Shown here piece by piece: positions 1-9,445 of a stretch of DNA of 64,000 nucleotides. The translations under genes and the position numbers were made by a program. Within the stretch, counting starts at the first letter, position 1; each line of letters begins with the position of its first letter. Under the pieces are notes generated by a model. That model had not been told where the DNA came from, ran no database searches, and saw only the letters and a program-made list of their open reading frames with translations. Source of the stretch: Candidatus Latescibacterota bacterium (lineage in GTDB: Bacteria; Latescibacterota; UBA2968; GCA-2709665); assembly GCA_965219995.1 (NCBI GenBank), contig CBDCOX010000002.1, positions 1,472,001-1,536,000 of the forward strand, given 5' to 3'.

Positions 1-2
1 TC

Positions 3-302
3 AACCGGAAATTGCACACCATCCACGTCGTGGGCGGGGGTATCCGGAACACCCTCTTGAACCAGTTTACCGCCAATGCCGCCGGACGCCCGGTTGTCAC
101 GGGTCCGGCCGAAGCCACCGCGCTGGGAAACGTACTCGTGCAGGCATACGCAAGGCGAGAAATCGACTCCCTCGCCGGTATCCGCGAAGTCGTGCGCAAC
201 TCCACGAAACTCGCGACCTTCGAGCCCCATTGCGGCGACGCGTGGGAAGACGCGTACGGCCGGTTCCGGCGGTTGGTGAACGATCAGACCGGCCTCGACT
301 GA
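3..302 (+). CDS. rhaB: Rhamnulokinase / FGGY sugar kinase, C-terminal part (5' end outside window)
   Basis: IHVVGGG..N.LLNQFTANA...V..GPAEATALGN, typical of the RhaB C-terminus. Confidence 0.85.
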   Translation, partial: NRKLHTIHVVGGGIRNTLLNQFTANAAGRPVVTGPAEATALGNVLVQAYARREIDSLAGIREVVRNSTKLATFEPHCGDAWEDAYGRFRRLVNDQTGLD

Positions 303-321
303 GAAAAGCGGCGCCCGGCAA

Positions 322-3300
322 TCAGAAGAGGCTGAGCTGGTCCGCCTGCCTGACCCGCCGCTGTGCGGTCAGGCGTTCCCGCTTCAGGAGTTCCGTCGGA
401 ATATCCTCGAAGAACCGGGACGGCTCCGGGCGGGTCCGTTCGCCGAAACGCAACCTGCTCCGCGCGCAGAGCATCACGGCCTCGTCCTTCGCACGGGTCA
501 ATCCTACGAATAACAGCCGCCGTTCTTCCTCCGGGTCCGCGTCCGCGTGCGGAATCAGACCCTCCTCGACGCCGCAGATAAAGACCACGGGAAATTCCAG
601 CCCCTTGGATGCATGCAGGGTTGACAACGTCACAGCCTCGGCCCGTGGGCGCGTGGCGCCGCCGATGCGTATATAGTCGGCATCGGCGCCCAATACCAGC
701 GTATTGAGAAAACTCCGTACGGTATCGAAGTTGACCGCCATCCGCGCCAGGCGGGCCAGATCGTCGTCGTTTTCCGACGACGCCACGTCCTGCCACGCGC
801 TCACCAGCGTCTCGACGGATTCGGTTTTCGCCATTTTCCTGAATGCCGCCGCGGCATCCCGAAGCGCCGAAACCTTCTCACGGACGGACGCCGGCAGGTT
901 GCCGGCGGCGATGCCGTCAGCCGAGCGGTGGACCCGGTTGAGCGCCGCCATTCCGGGATGAAATACGGGAATCGCCAGCGCGCGCGAGAGGCGCACGCGT
1001 TCCACGGGAAGGAACGCGTAATTGAAAAACGCGATCGCGTGCCGCACGGGCTCCGCCGAGAGGAACCCCTTCTGACCCACCACGCGGTATGGCAGTCCTT
1101 CTTCCACAAAGCAACGCTCTATCGCCTCCGCCTGCCGGCCGGTCCTGAACAACACGGCAAAATCCGACAGGCCGCGGTCTTTCCGTCCCGCTACCGAATC
1201 CCCACCTCCGATCTCGTCGGCCTGAAGCATATCGGCGCCGCCCATCAACCGGCTGATCTCGCGGACCACCGCAATCCCCTCCGCCGTCTCACCCGCAACG
1301 GAAACCAGGCGGACGTCAAAGCCCTCTCCGCGGACCGCATCCAACCGGCGTTGACCCCGGATCACGGACGCTGCCGTATCGATCACCTGCCGTGTGGAGC
1401 GATATGTTCTCTTCAGAACAAACGTCCGTGCAGCCGGAAGATCCTCGCGCAGCCTGCGAAAATACACGGGACTCGCCCCCCGGAATCCGTAGATGGCCTG
1501 GTCAGGATCGCCGATGACGAACAGACCCGCCCCATCGCTGGAGAGCTCCGTCACGAGCCTGTACTGCACCGCATTCACGTCTTGAAACTCGTCCACCAGG
1601 ACGTGCGCGAACCGGTTTCGGACCCGGTCGGTAGCTGCGTCGCCTTTCCGCAGCATTGCCAGGAATTCCAGCAGAATGTCGTCGTAATCCCACACGTCCA
1701 GCTTACGCAAGCGTTCCTGGTAGGCCTGGTAGACCGCGTGCAACGCCTCCGGCGCCTCCGCCTCCGGATCGGTCTTCGCACGCGAGATCGCCGACCGTAC
1801 ATCTCTGACGGAGAGACCGGCATCTGCGTCGGCGACGGCCTCGGCCAACACCCGCGTCGCTTCCACCTCATCGATCACCTGGCGCATCTCCCGCGACCGG
1901 CCGGACTTCATCAGATCCAGCGCCGTGGCGTGGAACGTGCCCAGCATCAAACCGTCCAGCCCCGTGGCCCGGGGCAACAGCGCGCGAACGCGTTCCCGCA
2001 TCTCCGCGGCGGCCTTATTCGTAAACGTGACCGCCAGGATGGACTCCGGCGGCACGCCCTCCTCTCCAATCAGCCGCGCGACACGATGGGTCAATACCCG
2101 TGTCTTGCCCGTGCCCGGACCCGCCTCTACGATCACCGGACCGGCGTCACAGAAAACAGCCGCCCGCTGTACTTCGTCCAATCCGCCCGTGTCCGCGACG
2201 TCGCCTGTCACTTGCGCTTCACCGTTCCCGCCAGCGGGCGCTTCGGCCTGCGGCGGCGTTTTGGATGCCGTCACCGGCGTCGGCGCTTCCGGACCGGAGG
2301 GCAGATCGAACAGCGCGGGCTGGCGGCTCAGCCGGGCGCGGTCCTCCTCCGAGAACACCTGGATCCGTCCGTACACACCGTCGTAGCCGGCCGCGATCTC
2401 CACCTCCCCGGCCCGCATCCGGCGTACGCCCTCCCCCACGAGCGGTTCGCCGGCGGCGGCAATCGCCTCGGGGGACGCATCCCGCAAGATGGTGAGTTCA
2501 GGCCCCAGGTCCGCGAGCAGCCTTTCGTACACCCCCTGGACTCTCTTGCTGGTTGGCCCCACCCCCAATACGGAACCGATGACTTCCTGAAGTGGAATCA
2601 GATTCTCATACGGCGGCGCCACGGCGGGCCTCTCTCCTTCCGCCCTGTCGGCCAACTGCTCGACGCGGTGCAGCACCCCGACTGTCAACCGCCTGCCGCA
2701 CTCCGGGCACAGACAGTCCGCGTCGAGCGACTGCCTCGGCTCCCAGCAGATTCCGCACTTCCGATGTCCGTCCAGGTGATACTTGCCTTCTTCGGGATAG
2801 AACTCCAGCGTCCCCAGGAACCGTTCGGGGTCTCGTGTCTTCAGCGCATCGTACATGCCACGATAGGACAGATCGGTATCGAAACAGGTGGCCTCCCGCG
2901 CCAGTTTCTGCGGGGAATGCGCGTCCGAATTGGAAACGATCGCATACCTGTCCAGCATCGACAGCCGCCAGTTCATCGGCGGGTCTGACGAGAGTCCGGT
3001 CTCCACGACGAAGATCGCCGGCAGCATGTCCTCGAAGCACTCCTCGAGGGTGTCGAACCCGGAACTGGCGCCCAGCACCGCAAAATGGGGCGTCCAGATA
3101 TGCGCCGGAATGAACAGCACGTCGTCGGCCGCTTCCATGCAGATTTCCACGAGGTCCCGGCTGTCCAGGCCCAGGATAGGCCGACCGTCCGATTTCAGAT
3201 TTCCGATGTCTCCCAGGCGGGCATTCAACCGCTCCACGGCTTCAAACCCGGACATCAGCACCACGTGGTGCACCTTGCGGGTCCTGTCGTTCTTCTTGTA

Positions 3301-3591
3301 GATCACGCTGATCTCGGTGGACAGGACGAAACGCACCGGTCCCCGGCACCGTTCCGGGAGGTCTTTGTCCACCGCGGCCTGGAAGGCCGGCTTTAGCCGG
3401 AACAGCCCCTCCTCCGCGGGCTCCAGGCGGTCCTTCAATTCGTCGATCCATTCGGGATGGGTGAAATCGCCCGTCCCGACCACGTTTACGCCCTTGAGCG
3501 CGGACCACTTATATAGATTCTCCGGGTTCAGTTGACGGCTGGTCGCCCTGGAAAACCGGGAGTGCAGATGTACGTCCGCCACAAATCGCAT
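322..3591 (-). CDS. Endonuclease Q-like PHP domain fused to a UvrD/PcrA SF1 helicase
   Basis: N-term DVHLHSRFSRATS, GTGDFTHP, SNSDAHS, GKYHLDGHRKC and CPECG; C-term AGPGTGKT, TFTNKAA, VDEFQD, GDPDQAIYGFRG, TLHASKGLEF, EERRLLFVGLTRA. Confidence 0.92.
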   Translation of the reverse strand: MRFVADVHLHSRFSRATSRQLNPENLYKWSALKGVNVVGTGDFTHPEWIDELKDRLEPAEEGLFRLKPAFQAAVDKDLPERCRGPVRFVLSTEISVIYKKNDRTRKVHHVVLMSGFEAVERLNARLGDIGNLKSDGRPILGLDSRDLVEICMEAADDVLFIPAHIWTPHFAVLGASSGFDTLEECFEDMLPAIFVVETGLSSDPPMNWRLSMLDRYAIVSNSDAHSPQKLAREATCFDTDLSYRGMYDALKTRDPERFLGTLEFYPEEGKYHLDGHRKCGICWEPRQSLDADCLCPECGRRLTVGVLHRVEQLADRAEGERPAVAPPYENLIPLQEVIGSVLGVGPTSKRVQGVYERLLADLGPELTILRDASPEAIAAAGEPLVGEGVRRMRAGEVEIAAGYDGVYGRIQVFSEEDRARLSRQPALFDLPSGPEAPTPVTASKTPPQAEAPAGGNGEAQVTGDVADTGGLDEVQRAAVFCDAGPVIVEAGPGTGKTRVLTHRVARLIGEEGVPPESILAVTFTNKAAAEMRERVRALLPRATGLDGLMLGTFHATALDLMKSGRSREMRQVIDEVEATRVLAEAVADADAGLSVRDVRSAISRAKTDPEAEAPEALHAVYQAYQERLRKLDVWDYDDILLEFLAMLRKGDAATDRVRNRFAHVLVDEFQDVNAVQYRLVTELSSDGAGLFVIGDPDQAIYGFRGASPVYFRRLREDLPAARTFVLKRTYRSTRQVIDTAASVIRGQRRLDAVRGEGFDVRLVSVAGETAEGIAVVREISRLMGGADMLQADEIGGGDSVAGRKDRGLSDFAVLFRTGRQAEAIERCFVEEGLPYRVVGQKGFLSAEPVRHAIAFFNYAFLPVERVRLSRALAIPVFHPGMAALNRVHRSADGIAAGNLPASVREKVSALRDAAAAFRKMAKTESVETLVSAWQDVASSENDDDLARLARMAVNFDTVRSFLNTLVLGADADYIRIGGATRPRAEAVTLSTLHASKGLEFPVVFICGVEEGLIPHADADPEEERRLLFVGLTRAKDEAVMLCARSRLRFGERTRPEPSRFFEDIPTELLKRERLTAQRRVRQADQLSLF

Positions 3592-3621
3592 CGTGGTTCC
3601 TCTAGCCTACGTGATTTACAA

Positions 3622-3671
3622 ACATGGACTTACATGGACTTACATGGATGGACAGGATGAACAGGATTAAA
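3622..3671 (+). repeat. Short tandem motif ACATGGATGGACAGGATGAACAGGAT (family copy 1)
   Basis: Near-identical ~29-bp core also at 9377, 32186 and 37702. Confidence 0.8.
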
Positions 3672-3681
3672 ACCAAAAAGC

Positions 3682-3745
3682 GCGAGAAGACGAGAAGACA
3701 AAAAAAACTCGAGAAAACGAGAAGACGAAAAAACGCGGAAAAACC
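3682..3745 (+). repeat. Degenerate purine-rich 8-mer tandem repeat (CGAGAAGA)n
   Basis: cgagaaga cgagaaga ... cgagaaaa cgagaaga cgaaaaaa visible directly. Confidence 0.6.
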
Positions 3746-3851
3746 AGTAACTGCAGTGAGTCAAATCATCATAGAACGCGCGTCGTCACTCCGCCCACTC
3801 TGAAACCCGAATTTGTACTGGCCGGCCCGACTCGGGTGGCCGTCGCCGACC

Positions 3852-4451
3852 TCAAATGTCGTACGAAGGCTTCACGTCCCTATCGTATTTGTCGCGACTG
3901 GCCGACACGCATTGAAAAACCTGGTAACCGTTGATTTCGACCCACATGTAGATCCTGTGGCAGATGTCGCAGACCCTCAGGACGTGGCCGCCGGGACGCT
4001 TCTCTTCGCGGTACATGATATCGTCATAGCCACCGAGAAGGCGTGCGATATCGTCCCTGGAACTTCGATCGAGGAGCAACCCGATAATCTCACGCGGAAG
4101 GTCGGCCGCGGCCTGGCGCAGACGATTTGTGTCCGTGTCCCAGGGGGATTTGAGCCCAGACCCGCAGGCGCACCAGCGTTCGCCCATATCCCAGTCCTTA
4201 CGAAACCACCACTGGTCGAGGATACGTCTGCAAGACATGCAGAATTCGTACGAATCCGCGGGATCCATACCCTCATTCCGGATCAGATCGCCGATCCGGT
4301 CGCGCTCATTTTGCGGCAAGTCTCCGAGCTTTATCGTGGGCGTGTGACACCACCGGCATCGACGGGAACTTTTCCGTAGAAACAAAACCAGCGCGATAAA
4401 CCCGACGATCAGAAGCGCCGAGAAAACCAGATGCCCGGTTCCCATCAACAT
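3852..4451 (-). CDS. Membrane-anchored Cys-rich hypothetical protein (paralog A)
   Basis: N-terminal TM helix, then CRWCH, CMSC, CAC, CDICH; RBS AGGAG; paralog of 4502-5098. Confidence 0.85.
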   Translation of the reverse strand: MLMGTGHLVFSALLIVGFIALVLFLRKSSRRCRWCHTPTIKLGDLPQNERDRIGDLIRNEGMDPADSYEFCMSCRRILDQWWFRKDWDMGERWCACGSGLKSPWDTDTNRLRQAAADLPREIIGLLLDRSSRDDIARLLGGYDDIMYREEKRPGGHVLRVCDICHRIYMWVEINGYQVFQCVSASRDKYDRDVKPSYDI

Positions 4452-4501
4452 TACTCCTTAGCCGATCCCGCGGGTGTGCGGCGCCGCTCTTTCGCGCATT
4501 T

Positions 4502-5098
4502 TCAGGTTTCCATCTGGCGGCGGTCTGATACCCGCTCGTATTTTTCACGCCCCGACGACACACACTGAAAGACCTGAAAACCCTTGATCTCAACCCACAT
4601 ATATATCCGGTGGCAGATATCGCACACCCGAAGCGGATGCTCTTCCGGACTCCGCTCGAAGCGGTAATCAAGATCGTCATATCCGCGACGGAGGTGCGCC
4701 ATGTCGTCGGGAGTATATCGCTCTGAAAGCAATGTGATAACAGCCGGAGGCAGGTCCGCCACCGCCTTCCGGAGTTTCCCTGGATCGACATCCCACGGAA
4801 TCGACAGTTCATAGCCGCAAGCGCACCACCTGTCGTGCATATCCCAGTCCGACTGAAACCACCACTCGTCGAAAATCCGCCGGCAGACCTCGCATAACTC
4901 ATACGACAACGCGGGATCCATTCCCTCTTCTTGGATCAGATCGTTGATCTGCCCACGCACCGCGTCCGGCAACTTCCCGAGCTTTACCGTTGACTTATGG
5001 CACCAGGCGCATTGGTGGTTGCCCCTCCGGATAATCACGATCACCACGATGGGCACTGCAATCACGACTGCCGCGAAAATCAGATACCAGATTATCAT
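4502..5098 (-). CDS. Membrane-anchored Cys-rich hypothetical protein (paralog B)
   Basis: N-terminal TM helix, then CAWCH, CEVC, CAC, CDICH; shares EGMDPA.SYE.C and LRVCDICHRIYMWVEI with paralog A. Confidence 0.85.
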   Translation of the reverse strand: MIIWYLIFAAVVIAVPIVVIVIIRRGNHQCAWCHKSTVKLGKLPDAVRGQINDLIQEEGMDPALSYELCEVCRRIFDEWWFQSDWDMHDRWCACGYELSIPWDVDPGKLRKAVADLPPAVITLLSERYTPDDMAHLRRGYDDLDYRFERSPEEHPLRVCDICHRIYMWVEIKGFQVFQCVSSGREKYERVSDRRQMET

Positions 5099-5438
5099 TG
5101 CGATTTACCCTCGCCGTTCACCGGATCGCGTGGCAAGAACAGAATCGCCGTTGTATCCGGCAGGAAATGTACTGTTCAGTATAGCGTTTCGCCGTTCGAA
5201 ATACAAGCACCGAGACAATGGCGAAGCCTGCCAATTCGCGCAGTCGACGACTCACGCATTCAGGTGATTAGCGAGGCCCAACCCGCTTGACCTTAACGTG
5301 CGTATCCGGCGACAGTTACGCCCAAATCCGATTGACCGAACGTTCGATTCCGCCTATATTGCTGCACTAATTCTCCGGTAGACATCAAGGCGTGCGTACT
5401 TATTGCCCACCGTTCGCAGGGAAGCCATTGATATACTT

Positions 5439-5765
5439 ATGAAGACGTCAGGAATCGACCAGAGTACGCTGGATGAAATCACTCGGCGCGTCGTTGAGGT
5501 CGCCCGACCGGAGAAGATCATCCTGTTCGGGTCCGCCGCACGGGGCGAGATGAACCGTCACAGCGACGTGGACCTGCTTATCATCAAAGACGGCGCGGAT
5601 GCGCTTGAACTTATGGGCGAAATCTATATGAATCTCGATGGCGTCGGCGCAACCGTTGACGCTGTTGTCGTCACGCCCGACGACGTAGAGCGGTATAACA
5701 ACAGCGACCCGGTGATCATCAGACCTGCGCCGCGGGAGGGAAAGGTGGTATATGAGTCCTCCTGA
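5439..5765 (+). CDS. Minimal nucleotidyltransferase (MNT) antitoxin
   Basis: IILFGSAARGE...SDVDLLI motif; overlaps the downstream HEPN gene. Confidence 0.88.
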   Translation: MKTSGIDQSTLDEITRRVVEVARPEKIILFGSAARGEMNRHSDVDLLIIKDGADALELMGEIYMNLDGVGATVDAVVVTPDDVERYNNSDPVIIRPAPREGKVVYESS

Positions 5766-6156
5766 GCGGTACCCGCCCGATGATCCGCGGGAATGGCTGA
5801 ACCGGGCTAGGAGTAGTCTGGCAATGGCTAAGAACCGAATTCCTGATGCCTATCTGGAAGATCTGTGCTTCCAGGCCCAACAGGCAGCCGAAAAGGCCAT
5901 CAAGGCAGTGATGATCGAGTGCGGCATCGACTTCCCATATGTGAGTGATTTAGCCCGGCTGCTATCCCTGCTTGAAGAAGGAGGAGAGAGCATCCCGGAG
6001 ATGGTCGTCAAGGCTGAGGAACTTACCCCATACGCTTTGATCACACGCTATCCTGGAACCGTCGGGCCTGTTGGTGAACAAGATTATATGGATGCGGTTA
6101 AGAATGCCGAAGTCGTCATTCGCTGGGCAGAGGAATGCATATCGGGATTCCCCTAG
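5752..6156 (+). CDS. HEPN domain protein (MNT-HEPN pair)
   Basis: W..RA..SL..A, CFQAQQAAEKAIKA, TRYPG. Confidence 0.88.
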   Translation: MSPPERYPPDDPREWLNRARSSLAMAKNRIPDAYLEDLCFQAQQAAEKAIKAVMIECGIDFPYVSDLARLLSLLEEGGESIPEMVVKAEELTPYALITRYPGTVGPVGEQDYMDAVKNAEVVIRWAEECISGFP

Positions 6157-6201
6157 AACGCAAGTGTCTGGCCGAAACCCTTAAGGCGAGAAGATCAGAT
6201 C

Positions 6202-7434
6202 GTGAAAGAGCGGATGCTCACGGACGAAGAGACGGATGTTCGGTACCAAGCCATATTTGGCGATGTGTCAAGAATCGTCGACGCCGCCAGGCGATCGGCC
6301 GCTCGGTCAGCGAATTCCGTCATGACTGCCGCGTATTGGATGATCGGCCGTCGGATAGTTGAATTTGAACAATCAGGAGAAAAGCGTGCTGAATACGGGA
6401 CTGCGCTCATCGAAAGACTCTCGACCGACTTTAGGAAGCGCTTCGGGCGTGGATTTGGGTCTGTCAATCTGAGCCAGATGAAGAAATTCTATTTGCTGTG
6501 GTCAGATTCACGAATTCTTCAGACAGTGTCTGAAAAATCGGAAGATGGAGAAAGTTCGTCCAAGAGGCCTGCAAAACCTTCGCTGGCTATCCTCGCCACG
6601 CGCTTTCCCCTTCCTTGGTCCGCCTATGTGAGGCTGCTATCGGTCAAGAACATACATGCCCGTGAATTTTACGAAACCGAGGCTTTGCGCGGGGGTTGGA
6701 CGGTTCGTCAACTAAAACGGCAGATCGATTCTCAGTTCTACGAGCGAACTGCTCTTTCAAAGAACAAGGCCGCGATGCTCACACGGGGACAGAAGGCGAG
6801 ACCCGAAGATCGAGTCCTTCCCGAAGAGGAGATCAAAGACCCATTCGTTCTCGAATTCCTCGATCTCAAGGACGAGTACTCTGAAAGCGACCTTGAAGAA
6901 GCGCTAATTGCCCACTTGGAGGCCTTTCTATTGGAGTTAGGCGGGGATTTCTGCTTCATGGGCCGGCATCGGCGGCTTCGGGTCGGCGATGAGTGGTATC
7001 GAGTAGATCTGCTATTCTTCCATCGGCGTCTGCGCTGCCTGGTGGTCATCGACCTGAAGGTAGGCAAATTCAACCACGGCGATGCGGGGCAGATGCACCT
7101 TTATCTCAACTACGCCCGCGAACACTGGATGCACGATGATGAGAATCCGCCGGTCGGGCTGATCCTGTGTTCGCAGAAGGACGAGGCCGTTGCGCGGTAC
7201 GCGCTCGACGGATTGCCGAACCAGGTCATGGCTGCCGAATACAAAACGACTTTGCCGGACGAGGCCATCTTGGCGGCGGAAATCTACCGCACACGGCAGG
7301 CGTTAAACTTGCGTGCCGAGATAAAGTTCGGGGCTCCGAGCATGCGCGCCGAACTGAGAGTCAAAAAGCCGGAACAAGGGACAACGACCCGGACAGAAAG
7401 TCCGGGCGGCGACGCCGGAAAAGGCGAAGAGTAG
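6202..7434 (+). CDS. yhcG: DUF1016/YhcG PD-(D/E)XK nuclease family protein
   Basis: YW.IGRRIVE.EQ.G..RAEYG, LPWSAY..L, IKDPFVLEFL, VDLLFFHRRLRCLVVIDLK, GQMHLYLNY. Confidence 0.92.
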   Translation: MKERMLTDEETDVRYQAIFGDVSRIVDAARRSAARSANSVMTAAYWMIGRRIVEFEQSGEKRAEYGTALIERLSTDFRKRFGRGFGSVNLSQMKKFYLLWSDSRILQTVSEKSEDGESSSKRPAKPSLAILATRFPLPWSAYVRLLSVKNIHAREFYETEALRGGWTVRQLKRQIDSQFYERTALSKNKAAMLTRGQKARPEDRVLPEEEIKDPFVLEFLDLKDEYSESDLEEALIAHLEAFLLELGGDFCFMGRHRRLRVGDEWYRVDLLFFHRRLRCLVVIDLKVGKFNHGDAGQMHLYLNYAREHWMHDDENPPVGLILCSQKDEAVARYALDGLPNQVMAAEYKTTLPDEAILAAEIYRTRQALNLRAEIKFGAPSMRAELRVKKPEQGTTTRTESPGGDAGKGEE

Positions 7435-7533
7435 AACGGCGCACCCGTTTGATTAGAGACGAGGCCATCGCGACTAGTGTGCCGAGACCACTGAGTCGTG
7501 TGGACATTCCCGTACAGAACCTGATTCCAAATA

Positions 7534-8385
7534 ATGACAAATAGAAGTGACTCCAAGTTCGGTTTCCATCGTCTGCTGCTCGGAACCGCGCTCACCGTGG
7601 CCGCGATGGCTTCGAACCCATCATATGCGCAGGATTCCGATGGCAACACGGACAATTCGGCCGCGGAGTCCGGGGCCAACTCAGTTGCTCTGGGGGATTT
7701 CTATCTTCGTGCCGGGGCCGTGTTGGACTGGCCGTCGGGGACGCGGTTCGGCGACAGGAATTGTGATAGCACGTCGCCGGCGGCGCTCTTTGGATGCGGG
7801 GAGGGCGTGGACGGCGCTGCCTTGGGCGCCGCGGGCGGTTTCGATAGAACCACCGGATTCGCAGTCAGCGTCGGCTACAATGCCTCCCGTCGGATCCGCG
7901 TCGAAGCCGAGGTTCAGTACCGTATGGAGTTTTCTTTCAACGGCCGCGCCAATTTCACGCAAACCACGGGCCGTCAGGACGTCTCGGCCGACCTGTCCTC
8001 CCTTTCCGCGATTCTCAGCGTCTATGCGGACCTCCCCGGACGGGGGCCGCTCAGTCCCTTCCTCGGGTGCGGCGGCGGCCTGTCGCGCAATTCCATCGGC
8101 GATACCCGTATGGAGTTCCCCAGAACGACCACCGTCGTCCCCGGCGCAAGTCGGGTTGGGTTCGCATGGTTGTTGACCGCGGGCGTTGCGGCGCGGGTCG
8201 GAGAAGGGGTAACGGTCGACGTCAGCTGGCGGTACACGAATTCCGGCGCCGTGGAGACGGGAAGGGCCACGGGTCGAATCGTCTGGCGCGATGGAAGCCG
8301 GGACCCATTGGAACTCGATTTGGCAGAGACGTGGGCGGATCTCTCCAGCCACGGGCTTCGCGTGTCGTTACGCCGCGGACTCTGA
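7534..8385 (+). CDS. Outer-membrane beta-barrel protein (OmpA/Opa-like)
   Basis: Signal peptide; FYLRAG, VGYN..RVEAEV, PFLG.GGG, FAWLLTAGV, VDVSWRY amphipathic strands. Confidence 0.75.
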   Translation: MTNRSDSKFGFHRLLLGTALTVAAMASNPSYAQDSDGNTDNSAAESGANSVALGDFYLRAGAVLDWPSGTRFGDRNCDSTSPAALFGCGEGVDGAALGAAGGFDRTTGFAVSVGYNASRRIRVEAEVQYRMEFSFNGRANFTQTTGRQDVSADLSSLSAILSVYADLPGRGPLSPFLGCGGGLSRNSIGDTRMEFPRTTTVVPGASRVGFAWLLTAGVAARVGEGVTVDVSWRYTNSGAVETGRATGRIVWRDGSRDPLELDLAETWADLSSHGLRVSLRRGL

Positions 8386-8430
8386 ACCGGTGTTTCCGAC
8401 ACGATCGAAATTTCGTCAAGGAACCACAGC

Positions 8431-9090
8431 ATGACCACGCACAGCGTCTATTTCGCAGGCGAACTCTTCGACCACAAACATCTCATCGGCAATGCCATCC
8501 TGGCCGAAGCCATTGAGCGCGAATCAAATGGACGATACACCTGCATCGTGCCGCAGCACCTCGAACAGGCCACGGAACGGGCGGTCGACATCCGGAACCA
8601 GGACCTGAAGCAGGTGATGGCCAGCGATCTTGGCCTGTTCAACTTCGACGGCACGGACCTGGATTCCGGCACGGTCGTGGAATTCATGGTGGCCAAATTC
8701 CTCGACATTCCTTCGGTCATTCTGCGGTCCGACTTCCGGTCCTCCGGCGACCAGGACAAGGACGGCGACGCGTGGAACCTGATGTGCTCGTTCTACCCTC
8801 GCGTCCGCACGCTCGGATTCAACGCGATGTCCTGGTACCAGGAAGCGCGGGACGGATCTTTCGACGTGGGCGAGTTCTCGGACCGCTTGTACGCCAGAAT
8901 AGCCGATGCCGTCATCGAGCAACTGGACGCCGTCCGCGCCGAACCGCCGGTCGCCGAATCCAATGAGGACCGAATACGCAGCCTGTACGAGTGGATCATG
9001 CGCTTTCCCGGCGGCGGACTGGAGGACGTTTGCGGGCCGGGTTTCGTGGACGAGGTGATCGCGTCCAAGCGAAGGAAGGGGCTGCTATAG
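8431..9090 (+). CDS. Nucleoside 2-deoxyribosyltransferase family protein
   Basis: VYFAGELF, DLK....D, DGTDLDSGTVVEF, WNLM. Confidence 0.85.
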   Translation: MTTHSVYFAGELFDHKHLIGNAILAEAIERESNGRYTCIVPQHLEQATERAVDIRNQDLKQVMASDLGLFNFDGTDLDSGTVVEFMVAKFLDIPSVILRSDFRSSGDQDKDGDAWNLMCSFYPRVRTLGFNAMSWYQEARDGSFDVGEFSDRLYARIADAVIEQLDAVRAEPPVAESNEDRIRSLYEWIMRFPGGGLEDVCGPGFVDEVIASKRRKGLL

Positions 9091-9173
9091 AGAAACGAAC
9101 AGCCCGGCGGCCAATGGGAAGACGCGCCAACCGGACTGTGCAGGGCTTACCGCAAGCGCGACCCAAACGAAAG

Positions 9174-9348
9174 GCGTTGAAATCCCCCCTCCGCATCAGC
9201 CGTCGCGGGCCCTTCGACAAGCTTGCTTCGACAAGCTCAGCACAAGCAGGGTCCGGCTCGGCTTCTGCGACTCTCCCTCAAGTGGGGAGTAATTACACCG
9301 TTGAACGGGCTGGCGCGTTCAACTCCCTCTATTTGGTAACGGCTGAGC
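9174..9348. repeat. Composite palindromic intergenic repeat with nested CTTCGACAAGCTCAG units (copy 1)
   Basis: CCGCATCAGCC..CGGCTCGGCTTCTGCGACTC.CCCTCAAG.GGGGAGT..TATTTGGT is shared with 39562-39735. Confidence 0.8.
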
Positions 9349-9376
9349 ACTGCGAAGCCGCGCCAGGCTGTTGACC

Positions 9377-9407
9377 TTTATCCTGGCCATCCTGTCCATC
9401 CATGTAA
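9377..9407 (-). repeat. ACATGGATGGACAGGATG-type motif (copy 2)
   Basis: Reverse complement reads ttacatggatggacaggatggccaggataaa. Confidence 0.75.
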
Positions 9408-9445
9408 GTTTGTCTTTTTTTGTTTTCCCGACTCAGGAGCCAGCC

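Noticed and set aside
928-2988. 686-aa plus-strand ORF
   Set aside because: Antisense shadow of the EndoQ-UvrD gene; typical high-GC artefact with no motifs.
3852-5098. Diversity-generating retroelement TR/VR pair
   Set aside because: Differences between the paralogs are not adenine-specific, and there is no reverse transcriptase in the window.
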